A stretch of 64,000 bases of DNA, taken from positions 189,978-253,977 of the forward strand of contig JAFLBL010000001.1 in NCBI GenBank assembly GCA_017303855.1. The letters run 5' to 3'. The position numbers were made by a program, and so were the translations under genes. Positions 27,643-37,114 of the stretch are shown here, in pieces (within the stretch, counting starts at the first letter, position 1; the number at the start of each line of letters is the position of its first letter). Under the pieces are notes generated by a model that worked only from the letters and a program-made list of their open reading frames with translations, was not told the origin of the DNA and ran no database searches. The DNA comes from Chitinophagales bacterium. Lineage in GTDB: Bacteria; Bacteroidota; Bacteroidia; Chitinophagales; Chitinophagaceae.

Positions 27643-30255
27643 ATGGACTATATCGGCGAAAATTTATTACCCGGCCAGTTAGGGCATTTCTTTATCATTC
27701 TTTCTCTTGTTTCCTCACTGCTGGCTTCAGTAGCGTATTTTCTATCGGCCCAGGCAAAGGAACTTACGGAGAGTAACAGCTGGAAAAAACTGGCAAGGAT
27801 CGCGTTTCTCACAGAAGTTTTTTCAGTATTTGCCATCTTCGGGATTCTTTTTTATATCATCCACAATCACCTGTTTGAATATCATTATGCCTGGAAGCAC
27901 AGCAGCCGCTCCCTGGAATTCAAGTACCTGCTTGCCTGCTTCTGGGAAGGTCAGGAAGGCAGTTTTCTATTATGGACGATCTGCCACAGTATACTTGGCA
28001 TATTCCTGATCCGCCAAAAAGGAGAATGGGAAGCTCCGGTTATGAGTGTACTCAGTATTATGCAATTTGCATTGGCCACTATGGTACTGGGCATTTATAT
28101 TTTCGGGAAAAAAATCGGTACCAATCCGTTTATACTTTTACGCGACAGTGGGGTATTCGATAATGCGCCCGGCATGCACGTAAATTTTGACATAAGCCAA
28201 CCTGTACGCCCTGATTATTTACAGTCAATTACAGACGGCAACGACCTTAATCCGCTGCTTCAGAATTACTGGATGGTAATTCATCCCCCTGTATTGTTTA
28301 TGGGATTTGCCTCAGCCACCATACCTTTTGCCTTTGCCATTGCCGGCTTATGGAAAAAGAAAATCGGTGAATGGACAAAACCAGCATTGCCCTGGGCCCT
28401 GTTTTCATCAGCTGTGTTGGGCGTTGGTATCATGATGGGTGGGCAATGGGCGTATGAATCGCTGACTTTTGGTGGCTACTGGGCCTGGGATCCCGTAGAG
28501 AACGCTTCGCTGGTACCCTGGATGATCGGGATTGCCGGTGTACATACCTTGCTTATTTACAAAAGTACCGGGCATTCGCTGGGTTCTACTTATATCTTTT
28601 TTATTCTGGCTTTTGCTTTTGTCCTGTATTCCACTTTCCTGACCCGCAGCGGTATTCTGGGAGAAACCTCTGTACACGCTTTTACGGATCTGGGAATGAA
28701 TGTGCAGCTGTATTTTTTCCTGCTCTTATTTACCTGGCCGGTGGCGATATTGGTGGCAAAAGATAAAAAGAACCGGTTGCTGGCCACTGCGGGACTGGTT
28801 ATTTTTCTGCTGGCCATCCAGCTTGCGTCAATGGCCGGATTTGAAAAGATTGTACCCCTGTTTGCATTCCTGAATTTATTGGGCGGACTGGGCTTTCTGA
28901 TTTACCAGGTAAACCTGCAGGTACCGGGCACGCAACAGGAAGAAAATATTAATTCCCGTGAGTTCTGGATGTTTATCGGTTCACTGGTTTTCTTCCTTTC
29001 CGCAATCGTAATTATCGGTAAAACTTCATTACCGGTTTTCAATAAAGTATTTAACAGGAATGTGGCACCGCCGGAAGATCCGGAGTTTGCCTATAACAGC
29101 ATCCAGGTGTATGTAGCCATTATTGTGGCTGCGCTGACCGCTGTTTCACAATACCTGAAGTACAAAGACACTACAAAAGCTTATTTCTGGAAGAAGATGC
29201 TGATTCCATTGGTGATCACTGTATTTTTCGGTCTGCTGTTTTTCATTTTCGGAGGGATTCAATACGATAAAAAAGGGCCCGTTTTCCTGGGTGCCATCTG
29301 GCTGGCTGTACTCTGCAGTATATATGCCATTGTAGCCAATGCCGCCTATATCTGGCTGGGTATTAAAGGCAAACTCCGCTTAGCAGGAGGTTCCATTGCA
29401 CATGTCGGCTTTGGCATGGTATTATCAGGCATCCTGATCTCTTCTTCCAACAAAGAAATTCTCTCCAATAATATCGGAGGAATACCGGCACCGCTTGCCC
29501 CTGGTGAAGATCCCCGTGAGAACCTGACACTGGTAAAAGACATGACGGCGAATATGGGACGTTATTCACTGACTTATCTTGGTGATTCGGCCCATCCCAA
29601 AAAACAGCTTTGGTTTTATAAAATACGGGTAAAAAGCAACGACGGTAAAGAAGATTTTGTGCTCGCCCCCAACGCGTTTGTTAATTATAAAGGCAATGAG
29701 GGCCTGATGGCCAACCCCGATGCCCGGCATTACTGGGATCATGATGTATTCACTTACATCACTTCCATACCCAACCCGGAGAGCACAAAAGATACAGCCA
29801 ATTTCAAGGCCTATACACGTAAAGCGGGCGATACCCTGTTTTACAGCAACGGCTTTATCACGTTACTGGAAGTATCCCGAAAAGATAGTGTGCCGGAAGA
29901 CCTGTTCGGGGCAGACGGGGCTTTATATGAATTGCCACTGGTGGTGCATGCCAAGACGGGGTCTAACTATGCAGTTACTTCCCGGATGGCCGATGCCAAA
30001 AACAACCTGGTGTCCATTCCGGACACCCTTCCGTCCGAAGGCCTGGTACTGCAGTTACAGAAAGTCAATACGGATAAAACAGTTGAGATCGGTGTAAAAG
30101 AATCCGGTGCACTGTTAAAATATGTTACACTCAAAGCATACCGTTTTCCGTATATCCTGTTATTATGGGCAGGCGTGTATATCACAGCGATAGGCATACT
30201 GATCAGTATGGTACACCGGTTCCGTATGAATCGTAAAAACACGCCGGGTGCTTAA
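27643..30255 (+). CDS. ccmF: heme lyase CcmF/NrfE family cytochrome c biogenesis protein
   Basis: 870 aa and polytopic. It has the WWD-type motif GGYWAWDPVENASLVPW and a long C-terminal extension ending in a TM. Confidence 0.8.
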   Translation: MDYIGENLLPGQLGHFFIILSLVSSLLASVAYFLSAQAKELTESNSWKKLARIAFLTEVFSVFAIFGILFYIIHNHLFEYHYAWKHSSRSLEFKYLLACFWEGQEGSFLLWTICHSILGIFLIRQKGEWEAPVMSVLSIMQFALATMVLGIYIFGKKIGTNPFILLRDSGVFDNAPGMHVNFDISQPVRPDYLQSITDGNDLNPLLQNYWMVIHPPVLFMGFASATIPFAFAIAGLWKKKIGEWTKPALPWALFSSAVLGVGIMMGGQWAYESLTFGGYWAWDPVENASLVPWMIGIAGVHTLLIYKSTGHSLGSTYIFFILAFAFVLYSTFLTRSGILGETSVHAFTDLGMNVQLYFFLLLFTWPVAILVAKDKKNRLLATAGLVIFLLAIQLASMAGFEKIVPLFAFLNLLGGLGFLIYQVNLQVPGTQQEENINSREFWMFIGSLVFFLSAIVIIGKTSLPVFNKVFNRNVAPPEDPEFAYNSIQVYVAIIVAALTAVSQYLKYKDTTKAYFWKKMLIPLVITVFFGLLFFIFGGIQYDKKGPVFLGAIWLAVLCSIYAIVANAAYIWLGIKGKLRLAGGSIAHVGFGMVLSGILISSSNKEILSNNIGGIPAPLAPGEDPRENLTLVKDMTANMGRYSLTYLGDSAHPKKQLWFYKIRVKSNDGKEDFVLAPNAFVNYKGNEGLMANPDARHYWDHDVFTYITSIPNPESTKDTANFKAYTRKAGDTLFYSNGFITLLEVSRKDSVPEDLFGADGALYELPLVVHAKTGSNYAVTSRMADAKNNLVSIPDTLPSEGLVLQLQKVNTDKTVEIGVKESGALLKYVTLKAYRFPYILLLWAGVYITAIGILISMVHRFRMNRKNTPGA

Positions 30256-30340
30256 TTTTAGCATTTTTGAAACAGCGATCAGGACATTTTTACTGTCATA
30301 ACGGGAAATAAAAGCAGAGTTTTTTTAACTTTACTGGTGG

Positions 30341-31048
30341 ATGCGCTCCCGGCAGAAACATATTATCCTTTACACATTGTTTGTCTTTGTCTTCCTGACA
30401 ACAGGCAACCTTTTTGCCCAGGTCGTTTTACCTGAACCGGTAACAGATTCTACAGAATGGGCCTTACAGCAGATGAAAGAGCAGCGTAAAAAATGGGGGC
30501 CCAATGATACCATTATTTTACCCGCTATCTGGTACCAGGCAGAAATTATCAACTATAAGGAAATGGAAATGGCCTGGGTATCCAACCTTTCGCCGGAAAA
30601 ACTCAGAAAATATATAGAAGAATGGACCCGGTTGCGGAACGCAGTATATGTCACCTACCCGTATGCACGTATTGCCGGCGCCACCATCAACGATATCAAT
30701 AATAAACTGACCGGTATCACTGCAAAAAAAGACAGAAAGGAAATCATTAAATCCAGGGAGAAACAACTCAAAAAAGAGTTTACGGAACCACTGAGTAATC
30801 TGTCCGTCTACCAGGGAAAAATTCTGATGAAACTGATCAACCGGCAAACCGGGAATAATTGTTACGAAATCATCAAAGAATATAAAGGCGGATTAAACGC
30901 CCGTTTCTACCAGACTGTCGCCTTTTTTGTCGGTGGCAACCTGAAACAGGAATGGGATCTGGCCCGCAACCGGATGGACCGCGATATTGAAAATATTGTC
31001 AAAGAAATTGACGGCACCTGGTATAATAACGCGTACAGAGCCCGCTGA
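30341..31048 (+). CDS. DUF4294-like secreted protein
   Basis: 235 aa with a signal peptide. VYQGKILMKLINRQTGNNCYEIIKEYKGG matches my recollection of the Bacteroidota DUF4294 family. Confidence 0.55.
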   Translation: MRSRQKHIILYTLFVFVFLTTGNLFAQVVLPEPVTDSTEWALQQMKEQRKKWGPNDTIILPAIWYQAEIINYKEMEMAWVSNLSPEKLRKYIEEWTRLRNAVYVTYPYARIAGATINDINNKLTGITAKKDRKEIIKSREKQLKKEFTEPLSNLSVYQGKILMKLINRQTGNNCYEIIKEYKGGLNARFYQTVAFFVGGNLKQEWDLARNRMDRDIENIVKEIDGTWYNNAYRAR

Positions 31049-31079
31049 TTCCTTTACCACTATTCTCCGGGTAAAGAAA

Positions 31080-31087
31080 TACCTTTG
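31080..31087 (+). promoter_or_regulatory. candidate -7 promoter box (TAccTTTG) for bshB1
   Basis: Matches TAnnTTTG, 27 nt before the ATG at 31115. Confidence 0.45.
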
Positions 31088-31114
31088 CCGGGCACAAACA
31101 GCCACTTACTATTT

Positions 31115-31852
31115 ATGAAAGCAGATATTCTGGCAATCGGGGTACATCCCGACGATGTGGAACTGGGATGCTCCGGTACACTGATCAATGAAATTAAGAA
31201 CGGTAAAAAAGTGGCCATACTGGATCTTACCCAGGGTGAACTGGGTACACGTGGCACCATAGAAACAAGGTATACTGAAGCCGCCAATGCGGCCATGATT
31301 ATGGGTGTACAGGCCAGGGAAAACCTGAAAATGCGGGATGGTTTTTTCCGTAACGATGAAGCACACCAGCTGCAACTTATTTCAGCTATCCGTAAATATC
31401 AACCCAATGTGGTTATCGGAAACATTCTACGTGACCGGCACCCGGATCATGGAAGGGCCGGTAACCTGATCAGTGAGAGTTGTTTTCTGGCCGGATTAGC
31501 AAAGATTGAAACCGTTGATGAACATGGTAAAACGCAGGCCCGTTGGCGGCCTTCTTACGTGTTACAGTACATGCAGGATTGGTATCACGAACCCGATTTC
31601 ATGGTTGATATCAGCGATGTATTTGAACAACGGATGCAGGCTATACTTGCCTATACTACCCAGTTTCATACCAACGAACTAAGCCTGGAAGGGCCACAGA
31701 CCTATATTTCCAAACCCGGCTTCCTGGATTCAGTTATTGCGCGGGCCAGGTTATTCGGTAAACGGATCGGGGTGGAATATGCGGAAGGTTTTCTGAGCGA
31801 AAAGAAGCTGGGGATCAGAAACCTGGATGCGCTGATTCAAAATGAAACATAA
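31115..31852 (+). CDS. bshB1: bacillithiol biosynthesis deacetylase BshB1 (LmbE/PIG-L family)
   Basis: ATG at 31115 (the track start at 31085 is TTG). It has ILAIGVHPDDVELGCSGT, LTQGELGTRGT and HPDH motifs of LmbE-type zinc deacetylases. Confidence 0.8.
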   Translation: MKADILAIGVHPDDVELGCSGTLINEIKNGKKVAILDLTQGELGTRGTIETRYTEAANAAMIMGVQARENLKMRDGFFRNDEAHQLQLISAIRKYQPNVVIGNILRDRHPDHGRAGNLISESCFLAGLAKIETVDEHGKTQARWRPSYVLQYMQDWYHEPDFMVDISDVFEQRMQAILAYTTQFHTNELSLEGPQTYISKPGFLDSVIARARLFGKRIGVEYAEGFLSEKKLGIRNLDALIQNET

Positions 31853-31962
31853 ACGTTAAATTATCAATACGTTACTCTATATGATTCTGGTCATCCGGAA
31901 GTAATTTTTTACCCGTATTTGGCCGTTTTGAACTACCTTCGTATTTGAAACAAGTCAGTCTA

Positions 31963-33027
31963 ATGAATTTTCCAAAGTTTTCGGGGCATACCCAAAGTTT
32001 TCACAGTGAATTAAAAAGGCGGATCAACGAATATTTCGCCGAAGCCGGTAAAGCGCAAACCGGAAATTTTCAACTTTATTTCAAAGCCATTGTACTGGTG
32101 CTGGCCTATCTGGCCGTGTATACCCACCTGGTTTTCTTTACACCGGACACCTGGCTGGCGCTCACCGAATGTGTGGTGCTGGGCGGACTGACGGCAGCAA
32201 TCGGTTTTAATATCATGCATGACGGCATGCATGGCAGTTTCAGCCGTTATAAATGGGTGAACTATGTTGCCGGACTTTCCCTGAATTTTCTGGGTGCAAA
32301 CAATTTTATGTGGAAGACCAAGCATAATATCATTCACCATACGTACACCAATATTGACGGCATGGATGACGATATTGAAGCCCGTCCCCTGCTGCGTCTC
32401 TGCGATACACAGAAATATTATAAGATTCACCGCTTCCAGCACTGGTATTTCTGGGCAGCGTATTCTTTGTTGTATATCTGGTGGGTATTTGTAACGGATT
32501 ATAAAAAATATTTTCGTAAGAAAATTGGCGATGTACCGTTGAAGCCGATGAGTACCTGGGATCATATTTCCTTCTGGGGTTTTAAAATACTCAACATTTT
32601 CATTTTCGTAGCTGTACCGATTACTCAGGTTGGATTCAGCGCCTGGCTGATTGGTTACCTGGTATTCGGCTTATTTGCCGGTTTTGTACTCAGTATTGTA
32701 TTTCAGCTGGCGCATACGGTGGAAGACACGCATTTCCCCCATGCTGATAGTCATAACAGAATGGAAGACGAATGGGCCATTCATCAGCTCAAAACCACTG
32801 CCAATTTCGCCACGCATAATAAAGTAATTTCCTGGCTGGTTGGAGGTCTTAATTTTCAGGTTGAACACCATCTGTTTCCGAAAATTTCGCATGTGCATTA
32901 CCCGGCCATCAGCAAGATTATCAAACAGGCCTGTGCCGATTTCAATGTCAAATACATTGAATACCCGAAAATGAGGGTGGCGCTGGCTTCACATGTGCAT
33001 CACCTGAAGAACCTCAGTCATCCGTAA
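31963..33027 (+). CDS. membrane fatty acid desaturase (three His-box type)
   Basis: ATG at 31963 (the track start is TTG). The His boxes are HDGMHG, HNIIHH and QVEHHLFP, with 4 TM segments. Confidence 0.85.
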   Translation: MNFPKFSGHTQSFHSELKRRINEYFAEAGKAQTGNFQLYFKAIVLVLAYLAVYTHLVFFTPDTWLALTECVVLGGLTAAIGFNIMHDGMHGSFSRYKWVNYVAGLSLNFLGANNFMWKTKHNIIHHTYTNIDGMDDDIEARPLLRLCDTQKYYKIHRFQHWYFWAAYSLLYIWWVFVTDYKKYFRKKIGDVPLKPMSTWDHISFWGFKILNIFIFVAVPITQVGFSAWLIGYLVFGLFAGFVLSIVFQLAHTVEDTHFPHADSHNRMEDEWAIHQLKTTANFATHNKVISWLVGGLNFQVEHHLFPKISHVHYPAISKIIKQACADFNVKYIEYPKMRVALASHVHHLKNLSHP

Positions 33028-33052
33028 CAACATACAGTGAAACAACGTATTT

Positions 33053-33081
33053 AAAAATCCCGCCCCGAGCGGGATTTTTTA
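33053..33081 (+). terminator. intrinsic terminator of the desaturase gene
   Basis: AATCCCGC-cccga-GCGGGATT followed by TTTTT. Confidence 0.75.
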
Positions 33082-33168
33082 TTCCATAGCTTCCGCAAAT
33101 GCCCCCCGAATCTTTTTTGCCACAATCCAAAACCCCGTTAACTTGCACTGTTTTTCAATTTGTAAAAA

Positions 33169-34212
33169 ATGGTTGACTTATCCTCCTACGACCCTAACAG
33201 TGTCAGTAATCCCAATAACAATATTTTCGGGTTGCCTACCGATGAAGAAAGTGCCCGTCTTATTATTCTGCCCGTGCCCTGGGAAGTAACCGTAAGCTAT
33301 GGCGCAGGTACCGCCCGTGCCCCGGAAGCCATTCTGAAAGCCAGTTACCAGGTGGATCTCTTTGATCCGGAAATGCCGGATGCCTGGAAACAGGGGTTTT
33401 ATATGCGGCCGGTAGACCGTAAAATCCTGATGAAGAGTGATTACCTGCGCAAGGAAGCCGAACTGTATATTGACTATATTTCCAAAGGAGATGATGTGAA
33501 TGCCAATCAGTTTATGTGCAAAACCCTGAAAGAAGTGAATGAAGGCGGCGTCTTTCTTACGGAATGCATGCAGGAACAAAGCCGGGTACTGCTGGAACAA
33601 AACAAACTGGTCGGAATTCTGGGTGGCGACCACAGTGTACCCCTGGGATACATGAAAGCGCTGGGCGAAAAACATGGTGAATTCGGTATCCTGCAAATCG
33701 ATGCCCACTGTGATCTGCGGGACACGTATGAAGGTTTCAGACATTCTCACGCCAGCATCATGTTCAACGCGTTGAAGGAAGTGCCGCAACTGCAGAAAGT
33801 TTTGCAGGTGGGTCTTCGTGATTACAGCCAGGTGGAATGGGACTATATTAAAAACAGCGGCTATAAAGTCATAGCGTACCTCGACCGGGAAATCAAAGAA
33901 CGACAGTATTGCGGTGATACCTGGAAGCATATTGCAGAAGAAATCATCGGCCAGTTGCCGGATAAAGTATATATCAGTTTTGATATTGACGGACTGGATC
34001 GTAAACTTTGTCCGCATACCGGCACACCGGTACCCGGTGGATTTGAACTGGAAGAAGTTTATTATATGATGAAGGTTCTCCGGGAAAGCGGCAAGAAAAT
34101 TATCGGCTTCGATCTTTGTGAAGTAGGTGTAAGCGATTCCGACTGGAACGCCAATGTGGGCGCCCGGGTGTTGTTTAAATTGTGTAACCTGCTGGTGACG
34201 TCAAATTCGTAA
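33169..34212 (+). CDS. arginase/agmatinase/formimidoylglutamase family metallohydrolase
   Basis: 347 aa. It has GGDHSV, DAHCDLRD and SFDIDGLD Mn-binding motifs. Confidence 0.8.
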   Translation: MVDLSSYDPNSVSNPNNNIFGLPTDEESARLIILPVPWEVTVSYGAGTARAPEAILKASYQVDLFDPEMPDAWKQGFYMRPVDRKILMKSDYLRKEAELYIDYISKGDDVNANQFMCKTLKEVNEGGVFLTECMQEQSRVLLEQNKLVGILGGDHSVPLGYMKALGEKHGEFGILQIDAHCDLRDTYEGFRHSHASIMFNALKEVPQLQKVLQVGLRDYSQVEWDYIKNSGYKVIAYLDREIKERQYCGDTWKHIAEEIIGQLPDKVYISFDIDGLDRKLCPHTGTPVPGGFELEEVYYMMKVLRESGKKIIGFDLCEVGVSDSDWNANVGARVLFKLCNLLVTSNS

Positions 34213-34216
34213 GACT

Positions 34217-34780
34217 ATGTCGCATCCCTCCGCCTGCTTTGTATTGAAATTGCCGAATAACAAGGCGAAATTTTATGATATGATGGGTTGGATGCTGATC
34301 ATTATCAACCTGACTTCCTTCTGTACACTTCTTTATTACCTGGACAATAGCAGGGAAAGAGTATATGCAGGTTTGGGTATTGGATTGACCATTATTCATT
34401 TTGGCGTTGAATGGTTCTTCCGTAAACCACATCAGAAATCCACCGCCATACAATCAGTCCTTTTTTATTACGCAGTTATCTGGTTGCTGTTTTTCCATTT
34501 TTACATAATCGGTGCAGTTAGCCTTTTAGTAGCAATACTCTATTTTATTGCCAAACGGGAAATGGATGTGATAGTAGCTGCCGATCGTATTTCTTATCCA
34601 AGTTTTCCACCTAATAATATAGCGTGGACAGAACTCAATAATGTCATTTTGAAAGATGGTCTGCTGACGATTGATTTTAAAAATAATAAGCTGATCCAGC
34701 AACTCATCGATGACAATACTGCCATTGATGAAAATGCATTCAATCAATATTGCCGGGAACAGCTGGAATCTGTTAAATGA
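34217..34780 (+). CDS. membrane protein with C-terminal soluble (PH-like) domain, function unknown
   Basis: 187 aa with about 4 TM segments followed by ...ISYPSFPPNNIAWTELNNVILKDGLLTIDFKNNKL.... It starts 4 nt after the arginase-family stop. Confidence 0.5.
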   Translation: MSHPSACFVLKLPNNKAKFYDMMGWMLIIINLTSFCTLLYYLDNSRERVYAGLGIGLTIIHFGVEWFFRKPHQKSTAIQSVLFYYAVIWLLFFHFYIIGAVSLLVAILYFIAKREMDVIVAADRISYPSFPPNNIAWTELNNVILKDGLLTIDFKNNKLIQQLIDDNTAIDENAFNQYCREQLESVK

Positions 34781-34868
34781 ACATTGAAAATAGAGCATTG
34801 AATATTGTACATTTCTTTGCTTATAACCTCAATTTTCAATAACCCCGCATTTGCTGTAGTTTTGCCGG

Positions 34869-36170
34869 ATGCCTATCTCCCAATCACCCTACATCCTTTA
34901 CTCCGACGGTAAGGGCAATATTTTTGAAGATACTTCCCTGTACGTAGCCGGCCGCACCGGATGGGATGCGGTGGAAGTACCGGCAGAAGACTGGATTGAA
35001 TTGCCGGATGGCGGTTCACTGTATGAATTGCCGGGCAGAAGAGGAATCGGCATTGATGTGGAGACCGGCGACATGCGTCTCTGTGAAAAAGGCTGGGCGG
35101 TGGCGGCATTTATCCCCCCTGCGCATACCGGCTTATACCTGGCGGCTTATGAAACCGCACCGGATGCGCCTACCCTGCCGCTGTTTTGTTATACCACTGC
35201 CGGCTGGCTCGATGATAAATTCTATGTTCCCGCCGTACGGATCGAAGCCGATATCCGGCAGGAATGCTCGGGCTATGATGGTAAAAAAGTGGAACATGGA
35301 GCCAAAGCCCTCCTGCAACATTACCCGCATAACCGGCTGGTAAAACACCTGATGGAGAATTGTGCCCTCACGTATACCTGTCCTGCCGCCCGGAATTTTG
35401 CCCTTGGACGCTGGGAATGTCCTGTTCCTGCTTCACCGGCCTGTAATGCCAATTGTATCGGCTGCATTTCCCTGCAACCGGATGAAGAGCCCATCGTATC
35501 CACACAGGACCGCCTGTCGTTTAAACCTACACCGGAAGAAATTGTAGAGTTTACCGTTCCGCACCTGGAATCCGCTCCCTACCCGATTATCAGTTTCGGT
35601 CAGGGTTGCGAGGGCGAACCTTTGCTGATGTGGGAAACCATCCGGGAAGCGATCATTGAAATCAGAAAACATACAAAAAAAGGCAGTATCAATATCAACA
35701 CCAATGGTTCCAATCCGGAGGCGGTACGGGCTTTATGTGAAGCAGGACTTGATTCCATACGGGTAAGCACCAACTCCGCACGCCGGGAAATCTATATGCC
35801 TTATTACCGGCCAAACAATTATGAATTTGAAGATATCATAGAGAGCCTGAAAGTGATGACATCGTTTGGTGGCTGGACCTCGATTAATTATTTCGTATTT
35901 CCGGGTATGACTGATTCCGAAGCCGAATATGAAGCATTACGCAAACTGATCCGGGATACCGGGCTGAAAATGATTCAATGGCGGAATTTCAATATTGATC
36001 CCGACTGGTACCTGGGCAAGATCGGTGTAACAGATACCGGCGATTGCCTGGGCGTAAAACAACTGCAGTACCTGATACAGGAAGAATTTCCCGATCTGAA
36101 GTATGGTTATTTCAATCCGCCTATGGAACGGATAAAAGGCGATTTCTCCAATGATTTTGCCCATTTTTAA
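34869..36170 (+). CDS. radical SAM protein with about 190-aa N-terminal extension, function unknown
   Basis: 433 aa. The CNANCIGC (Cx3Cx2C) cluster motif sits at about residues 192-199, with GQGCEGEPL downstream. The N-terminal domain is unrecognised. A TAgtTTTG box at 34857-34864 abuts the ATG. Confidence 0.8.
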   Translation: MPISQSPYILYSDGKGNIFEDTSLYVAGRTGWDAVEVPAEDWIELPDGGSLYELPGRRGIGIDVETGDMRLCEKGWAVAAFIPPAHTGLYLAAYETAPDAPTLPLFCYTTAGWLDDKFYVPAVRIEADIRQECSGYDGKKVEHGAKALLQHYPHNRLVKHLMENCALTYTCPAARNFALGRWECPVPASPACNANCIGCISLQPDEEPIVSTQDRLSFKPTPEEIVEFTVPHLESAPYPIISFGQGCEGEPLLMWETIREAIIEIRKHTKKGSININTNGSNPEAVRALCEAGLDSIRVSTNSARREIYMPYYRPNNYEFEDIIESLKVMTSFGGWTSINYFVFPGMTDSEAEYEALRKLIRDTGLKMIQWRNFNIDPDWYLGKIGVTDTGDCLGVKQLQYLIQEEFPDLKYGYFNPPMERIKGDFSNDFAHF

Positions 36171-36173
36171 TGC

Positions 36174-37076
36174 ATGAGTCAGCAGGCCCGCAAACAGGTA
36201 ATCACCGGCATTTCAGTCGCCGTACTGGCTACGTTTATCTGGTCATGGAATTTTGTGCTGGCCCGGGGTATTTATAAAGTTATTCCACCCGTCAGCCTGG
36301 CTTTTTACCGCTGGCTTACGGCCACACTGCTTCTGCTGCCCTTTGCCTGGACGGCTTTCCGTAACGAGTGGCCGGTTGTAAAAAAATCAATACTGTATTT
36401 TTTACTGGCAGCCGCAACCGGCATTTCCATATTCAATACATTTATTTATATCGGCGCCCATTATACCAGTGCCATCAATCTGGCCCTGATCGGCACCACC
36501 TCATCACCGGTTTTTTCCGTATTATTCGCCCGTATTTTTTTAAAAGAAAAAATTCATGCTACCCGGATAGCCGGGATGTTGCTTTGTATTACCGGCATAC
36601 TATTTCTGTTAACCAGGGGCGACTGGCACAATCTGCTGCACCTCTCTTTTACCCGCGGCGATACCTGGGTGCTGGGGGCCGGACTGGCTTTTGCCATTTA
36701 CAATACGATGGTAAAAAGAAAACCGGTGACTGTAACCCCGGTTAATTTTCTCTTTGTGGTATTTGCTTTGGGCACTTTATTGCTATTTCCTTTTTATCTC
36801 TATGATTCAGCCTCAGCGGCACCGGTCAGTTTTCAGCTGGATACCCTGCTGATCATACTTTACCTTGGACTGGCCGCATCCGTAATCTGTTTCTGGATAT
36901 GGAATATTGCCATCCGGAATCTGGGTGCAGGACGGGCGGCCATTTTCGGCAACCTGATACCTGTATTCAGTACCACGGAAGCCGTGTTAATCCTTGGCGA
37001 ACAGGTATCCAGGATCCATCTGATCAGTTTTGGCCTTGTAATCATTGGTCTGATAGTCGCCAACCTCCGGAAATAG
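36174..37076 (+). CDS. DMT superfamily (EamA-like) transporter
   Basis: 300 aa with 10 TM segments in two EamA-like halves. It starts 3 nt after the radical SAM stop. Confidence 0.85.
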   Translation: MSQQARKQVITGISVAVLATFIWSWNFVLARGIYKVIPPVSLAFYRWLTATLLLLPFAWTAFRNEWPVVKKSILYFLLAAATGISIFNTFIYIGAHYTSAINLALIGTTSSPVFSVLFARIFLKEKIHATRIAGMLLCITGILFLLTRGDWHNLLHLSFTRGDTWVLGAGLAFAIYNTMVKRKPVTVTPVNFLFVVFALGTLLLFPFYLYDSASAAPVSFQLDTLLIILYLGLAASVICFWIWNIAIRNLGAGRAAIFGNLIPVFSTTEAVLILGEQVSRIHLISFGLVIIGLIVANLRK

Positions 37077-37114
37077 CCGCTTTTTGAGAATCTTAACATT
37101 TAAATCAGGCGCAT

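Noticed and set aside
33178-34017. 279-aa ORF antisense to the arginase-family gene. Similar long antisense ORFs lie at 18685..19506 (opposite glnS), 11948..12769 and 12959..13711 (opposite secDF), 48292..48927 (opposite purK) and 21862..22521.
   Set aside because: Each lies entirely within a gene whose translation has clear family motifs. Their own translations are low-complexity (F/I/H/Q/R-rich) with no recognisable motifs. These are typical shadow ORFs on the complement of codon-biased genes.
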